Source: Eukaryota sp. TZLM1-RC
Taxonomy: Eukaryota; Protista; Metamonada: BaSk clade
Reading direction: 5' to 3'
DNA: 64,000 nt
Assembly (NCBI GenBank): GCA_040285825.1
Contig: JAUPSS010000004.1
Span: 6,787,784 to 6,851,783, forward strand
Positions 58,031 through 64,000 of the stretch are shown piece by piece; within the stretch, counting starts at the first letter, position 1; every line of letters begins with the position of its first letter. Below the pieces are notes generated by a model. The model searched no databases, had not been told where the DNA came from, and was given only the letters and a program-made list of their open reading frames with translations. Both the position numbers and the translations under genes were made by a program.

Positions 58031-58800
58031 TTGTTACAGATATTGTCTATAACAATGAAATAAGTGTCCTTTTTACACCAATGTATGTAGAGGGACTGAG
58101 TTTTTGAGAAGTCGAAGATTTTCTCCTTTGAACCTTCATCAACCTTGGCTCTGTGTAGGTATACTGGTCTGTCTCCACCATTTACATGTGCTTCCATCAC
58201 TGCCAAGTTATTCAGCGAAGCATTTTGATCTCTATTCCGCAAACTTTCGCATAATTTACACATAGTAAGCCTGTGATGATCAGATTTCTCATGTCTCTTC
58301 CTTGGCCTTGGATTTGTGCATCATCGGAATGTTTCAACTGTTTTCTCCGCTTTATTACAATTGAAACAGTAATCGAAACTCCTCAGTTAAAAAGACATAA
58401 CCTTTAACCTGCCTTTTTAAATAAAATTCGCAAACCCTTTTCATTAGTTGGTTCTTTGATTTTCATGTGTTTTGTTGTTCCCAGTCTTTGATTCCATCAA
58501 CTACTTGGCTGGTCATTCCGTATGCTGTCTCTTATTCTTTTGAATTTGGAACTTTTCGACTCAAGTCTTCGTTGATTTTGAGTGTACCTCAAATTAACTT
58601 ACTTATCTCAGGTTTTTTCAAAGGGTCATTGCAGTAGCTAAATTGGCAGAAAGATAGAGTAGATCAGATTTCCCTGGATCAGCAGCAGCAAGGGTCATAT
58701 CTTGTTATTGAGCAGTATTAATGCTGATGTCATCAATATATTTTTCTTTATCTTTCAATTCTTTTGCAGTTACCTTGTATTGTTTCAAGTCAATTCTAGA
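58031..58800 (-). pseudogene. Fanzor1 pseudogene, copy B (same family as copy A), ending at the Sec6 start codon
   Basis: KEKYIDDI...AADPGKSDLLYL, an internal deletion of the region matching ~41522-41972, then the same C-terminal part (CKLC..RNRDQNASLN, RPVYL) and the same 3' end as copy A. Confidence 0.9.
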
Positions 58801-59619
58801 TTGAATGATCCAAAAAATATAATTAAATAAATTCATGGTTAATTCTGTATCCCTCAAACAATAAACTGCAACTGCAGTTCTTTTTTGGGATAAGGAAAAT
58901 CTGAAAAGGGATCATCTTCATGAACCTTCCAATACTTTGCACTATACTAAGGATCAAGGTCGATTTTAATTTCCCCTAAAAAAATTTTAGAAACTGTTTT
59001 TAATTTGCGTGTTTCATAATAATTTGTGTAAAAACTACAAGTAATAACAACAAATCAACCAGTAATTAAACTCCATGCGAATTTATCAAAATACAAGAAA
59101 TTTCACAAGAACAACCAGACAATTGAATTGCAAGAAAAGAGGGGGACTACAGGGTACCACTAGTATGTAATTCACTATTACATATATTCCATAACATCAT
59201 TTAGTTTAGCTCATAAGGCAAGCCACTAGACCACAGTCCAATTGTGAACTTTATTGAAACAACAATCAGTAAAATAAAAAATGCGTTGCTTTTTAAGCTG
59301 TAATACAGGTTCACCTTTTGTCATCTTCAATTTGAATACTGCTTATCACTTTTGGTCACTTTCAATAGTCAAATTAAAATACAGTACAGTACAGATGGGT
59401 TAAGTGGTCGAAAAAGCTAAGAAAACGTTGTATAAAAAATATTAAGTTGGTTAAAGAATTAATTACAGAACTTTTACAGTAGGTCAATAACATTTTGTCA
59501 GTATTGTTGATGATACGCTTATCACCCTTCATACCGTAATAAGAAACATTAACAGGATTGTTGTGGACAAATTGTTGTTGACAATTTCATGTGAATCACG
59601 AGTCAGAAAAGGTTATAGC

Positions 59620-61084
59620 TAGGGTTGCACAAAATACGTCACCGTCGCAGTAACGTGACGTCACAAATATATTATTTTTTACCAATTTATCATTGCTTCC
59701 CCTTTATTTTTGTCTTTAATTTCCAATTGAATCAATTCATTCATATCAACCATGTCATAATCTTTATGTGGTCTATTTCCAGTTCATCAGCAAATCAACT
59801 CAACGTCAATGGAACAAATTACGAATCAATCATGCACCCTAATCCTGTATTTTTTCCCGATATCCGTGTTTTAAAACCGGTTGTTCCACTTCCTCCCGTT
59901 TGCAAAAGCCCCAAAAACCCCAAAGTTCAATGCTGCAACTGTGAAATACACTTTTAGTGGTTCCCACACTAGGAATGTCAAACACATTACTGACGGTCGT
60001 GGCATTAAAGGCTGTCCTAACCCACCAGTGGTTCTGTACAATTTATGAGTTCCTCCTGTCAAACGCCGAAGAGATAACTCCTATCAAGACCTAATGGAAG
60101 TTTACAATGCAAATTTTCAAAAAATATGCAAAGCTGCTCAAGAAAAGTTTTTCCTTTTTGCCTGTGGTGTAACTTTCAACGTTGCAAGAAGTCCTTTTTT
60201 CGATGATTTCTGCAGAGAATTTTCAGGTGGAAGATTCAAGCCCATTGCCTATAATCGTTTAAAAAATGAGTCCTTGCAACGTTCTGAAAATGAAATTTCA
60301 AAACAAATTGGAGATATCAGCTAACGAAACTTCAGTGACTTTGGTTTCAGATGGCTGGTCCAATCTCAACTTTCACAAATTGTAAACACAGTTTTGGTTT
60401 CACCTCAAGGAGCTCGATTTGTTGAGTCCACTGATGCTTCAAAGGTTCCCCATAATGGGCAATTTATTGTTAAGTACATTGAGAATGCAGTTAATTGTTA
60501 TGGTCATAAACAAATTATTAATATTATTGCTGACTCTGCCAGACCCAATAAAACTGCTCAAAAATGTTTGCAGAATCAAAAAAACCAATTTATTGGGATT
60601 TTTGTGTCGCCCACTGCTTGGATCTACTTCTGGAAGATTTAATACAAATTTCTCACTATAACGACGTTGTTACTGAGGTAAGATACATAATTCAATTTAT
60701 TAAAAATCATGGTAGATTATTGGCATTGTTTAGAGAATATAGCAACTTGGAGCTCACTGATCCCGCTGCACAAGATTTGCGACCAACGTACTAATGCTAG
60801 AAAGACTTTTGGAGTGTTCACAAGGATTAAAACAGTTGCTAGTTTCTTAAGTTTATTTCATGTGGCGAGATCAGCTAACGAGAAAATTGAAGGAAGCATG
60901 TTTGAATATCGAAAGGAAAGTTGGAAATCCTGATTTTTGGAATACAATTGAAAACGTTCAAAGGATTTGTACTCCAGTACATGATTTCATCAAATTTGTG
61001 AATGGAAGTGGAGAATGTATTAGTCAAGTTTATTCTAGATCACAGCGAATTGTTGACATAATTGACAACAAAGATCTAGGGTGA
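59620..61084 (+). mobile_element. Second degenerate hAT-like transposon
   Basis: TAGGGTTGCAC terminus with GTCAC/GTGAC subterminal motifs, BED finger VQCCNCEIHF, FACGVTFNVARSPFF, LVSDGWSN, IIADSA, CVAHCLDLLLEDL, TRFAT. Frameshifted. Confidence 0.85.
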
Positions 61085-61449
61085 CAATCATTTCCATCTG
61101 GGTGAGGTAGCCCACAAAATACATCTCTGTAATTTTCGAGTAGCACGACTAGGCGTTCCTCGTCCTAATGTCATCCAGGCATATTTTACAGCTTAACTCA
61201 TCTAAATAATGTCTGAAAGTGGAGTGCCCAAAATGATTACCTAAGTCTGATGTATTACTCAATTTTTCTATGAATCTAATTGGTTCACAAATTCTGCTAT
61301 GAAACTCACATTCAGCATTGAAGATGGTGCGATGCTCGCGATCTCAACTATTGTTAAAACCGTGCTCTGTGCGTAGCTCCAAGGTTTGCAATTAGTCACT
61401 TCTGATTAAAAAAATTGTTGGTACCAGGTATGATCTGAAGCTCGATTCT

Positions 61450-62430
61450 TACAAACACTTGAGTGGCCAAGCTAACCACATTGAAAGCCAAAACACCACT
61501 TGCTCAGCCTAAAGTCGTGGAGCGAATACCGTTTGCCGATAGGTATTCGACGGTATTATTATCATCTGATTGTCGTATTTTATTTTAAGGCTGAATCCAT
61601 TGATAATGCTGAAAATGCAGCTGCATTATCAATTTCGCCTTGTACTTACACGTTGTTAATTGAGTAGTTCAACCAAAGTTGCCCGTTAGAACTTGCTTGA
61701 TTTTCTGTCACCCTGTATAGTCTAACACTGTGGATAGAACCCACAGGATTGAACGACTCTCTAAATCTTTTTAATAGATTTAGATGTTTATAATTCGAAT
61801 CAATCTTGCTCATTTTATAAATGGTGTTGATTGAATTATATGTAAGGTTATTAAAACATGTGCTTTCATCTGATCTATTATCACTAGACAACTTACGCTT
61901 GTCACCTAAACCACCTCTTCGTTTTTTGTTGTCTACCCACTACTTAAAAGCACTTGTCTTCAGCGTGCCTATCTGTATTACAGATGCTACACCAATGCCC
62001 AGCAGGAATTTGCTTGGGTTGGTGTTTAGGTTTACCACTACCTCTAAATCCTCTAGGGTGCATTCTTGAGGCACCTCTTGACTGGCTTGGTTCCCTGAAC
62101 GAAGGTTTGTTACCAAATAATATCTTCACATTTGATAACTCCAGGTTCTCAAATTCTTTCAATTTCTGCACGAAGGTTTGTCTATGAGCATATATGACAT
62201 CGCCCAATTTACAAACGTCCCTGCTACCTTATGGGAATTCATCAATCCAAATCCCGTAGGTATTTACCAATTGATCGTTAGTATTTTTGTTGATATCCTC
62301 TAGGAATATTCTAGCAGGAAAACAACAGAAGGCTGCCCGTCGGTTTCCGGAATCGCGGTTGACCGTCTTATTATATAAATAAACTGTTCTATAAACGTGT
62401 TTCAAATCACTTCGGCAACTTTTCAAGTAA
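61450..62430 (-). mobile_element. Ty3/Gypsy-like gag/protease remnant
   Basis: CCHC knuckle WCSICNTDRHAEDKC (61944-62207 ORF) and degenerate protease VQGEIDNAAAFSAL at ~61605-61645. Confidence 0.65.
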
Positions 62431-62810
62431 TTTCTGGATACTTTGTCGCACTTAAGGCTTGATTTACCTCGAAATGGTCTTTTACTGGGTGTTTAAAAAC
62501 AAAAGTTCCCAAATTTTGTGGTCGGTTAAGTTCGTAGCTTCCTAATTGAGTTTGCCATTGAATCAAGCAAGTACCTTCGATTATTTCGCTAATGTAAAGT
62601 AGTCTATCCCATAAAACATGGTCCTAACGAAATCATATTTGTGTATAGGATGCCCATATTTAGTGATAGGTTGGAAAGGTCTAAAAGGTCCGTCTCAGAA
62701 AGTGGATTTTTTTCCAAAATTGTGAAGCAGATGGTTTTTGAAAATTAAGAACTTCAGCTGGATGTAAGTTGACCAATTGATTCACGGTTTCATCAGTAAC
62801 AGGCGCAAGT

Positions 62811-63251
62811 TCAGAAGAGAAAAGAGCATTTTTCCAGAACCATATCTCCCACGTAATAAAAGTTTTCGCGCAGTCTTATTTTTAGGTTGTTTCTGTGGAG
62901 TGAAAACTTTTTGGGGACGAGAACTTGATTTCTTTTCAAAAAAAAATTTCCAAATAGAAACCACATCCCATTCTGCTTTTTCAATGCATGATTGAATGTT
63001 CCAAATGCAACACAAAATGGAATGGTGGATTTTGGACTGAGAACATTCGAAATTTTACAAGGCCGTAGTAGAGTATCAAACGAGGCACAAACAGAGCAAC
63101 AATGAATATTATTTTTCAGAACATTATTTTCGGCTTTTTCATTACAAATAGCACAATGATCTGTTTGAGGTGCTGCATTGCAACTATCTGAAATTATTGC
63201 ATCATTGTCTTCTGCGGTACACTCATCTTTAGGGAGCAAATTTAATTCCAA
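62811..63251 (-). CDS. Hypothetical Cys-rich ORF
   Basis: 146-codon frame with CxxC...CCxxC; non-ATG start in the track. May be a fragment. Confidence 0.3.
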   Translation of the reverse strand: MELNLLPKDECTAEDNDAIISDSCNAAPQTDHCAICNEKAENNVLKNNIHCCSVCASFDTLLRPCKISNVLSPKSTIPFCVAFGTFNHALKKQNGMWFLFGNFFLKRNQVLVPKKFSLHRNNLKIRLRENFYYVGDMVLEKCSFLF

Positions 63252-63335
63252 TTAATATAATTCAGCTTGAATCCAGATTTTGAAATATGAACAATTTCCG
63301 CTCTCTGTACAATTGCTTTCATCACCATCAGTTCG

Positions 63336-64000
63336 ATGAGCAATCCGTCGTCCCATTATTCCCTTACTACAGAGAATGAACGTCGGGTTCGATCATTTTG
63401 GGACAAACTTTTTGCCGTGTTTGACGTGTTGCGTTACCAAAATCATCCATTTCTAACTACTATAGCTCTCTTGATACAGTTGTTCCAGATAATTGGCTTT
63501 GTTTTACGCACGACCAAGTTTCACCCCATTTTTGATATTGGTCCAGTTCTCCGCTATACGTCATTGGCATATTACTTTGATTTTCGTGCTAATTCGAGAC
63601 TAAGCTTTTTTCTTGGTGGAGGAGGTTTACTTCTAATCCTAGTGACACTTTTTGGATACTTGTACACACGCGTTAGTAGTCATTCTCGCCATCAATCGTG
63701 GTTTATTACCGTCACTCGTCTTTTGAATGGCACAGTATGCACAGTCCTTTTTATCCCTCTTCTCTCCATCTTTCTCTCATTCATTCCTTGTGGAAGGGTG
63801 GTTCCAGATGATCTCTCGCATGAGGTACTTACTTTCCATGAAGGTGTTCAGAATTGCTCCTCTACTGTTGGTATCTTTACCCGTGGACTTGCTATCTTCC
63901 TTGCCATCCTCCTCTGTCTCTTTTGCCTTGCCAGAGTGTGCTGTGTAGAAGGTAACGATTCTCCTGCTTCAAAGGCTCCATTCAGTCGATCTTTCAATAG
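63336..64000 (+). CDS. TmcB/TmcC (tiny macrocysts)-like multi-pass membrane protein, N-terminal part
   Basis: Manual translation MSNPSSHYSL...KLFAVFDVL...LLIQLFQIIGF...TVLFIPLLSIFLSFIPC...SPASKAPFSRS is open to the window end, with several hydrophobic helices. Not in the ORF track. Confidence 0.65.
   Translation, partial: MSNPSSHYSLTTENERRVRSFWDKLFAVFDVLRYQNHPFLTTIALLIQLFQIIGFVLRTTKFHPIFDIGPVLRYTSLAYYFDFRANSRLSFFLGGGGLLLILVTLFGYLYTRVSSHSRHQSWFITVTRLLNGTVCTVLFIPLLSIFLSFIPCGRVVPDDLSHEVLTFHEGVQNCSSTVGIFTRGLAIFLAILLCLFCLARVCCVEGNDSPASKAPFSRSFN

Overview
AT-rich eukaryotic genomic DNA from a probable anaerobic protist (metamonad-like: tiny introns with the branch point fused to the 3' splice site, very short UTRs). 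This is an inference, not an identification. Host genes are islands in decayed mobile DNA: an extended-SDR epimerase (partial, missed by the ORF track), Sec24, TDP1, a 5414-aa repeat-containing surface protein, a P4-ATPase flippase with two ~30-nt introns, an unknown 415-aa ORF, exocyst Sec6 and a TmcB-like membrane protein (partial, also missed). The mobile DNA comprises three families of CRE-type RT+RLE non-LTR retrotransposons (one self-nested, with clear TSDs), two hAT remnants, a MULE with its MITE, a Tc1/IS630 fragment, Ty3/Gypsy remnants and three to four Fanzor1 (eukaryotic TnpB-like) remnants. The most striking observation: two copies of one inactivated Fanzor1 family end 0-1 nt before the start codons of two unrelated housekeeping genes (P4-ATPase at 42454, Sec6 at 58030). 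Their last 253 nt are about 99% identical versus about 93% just upstream, and end in a hairpin that pairs with the host ATG. This suggests a start-codon-targeting Fanzor element and/or a Fanzor omegaRNA end domesticated as promoter/5'UTR. All alignments and counts were done by eye.
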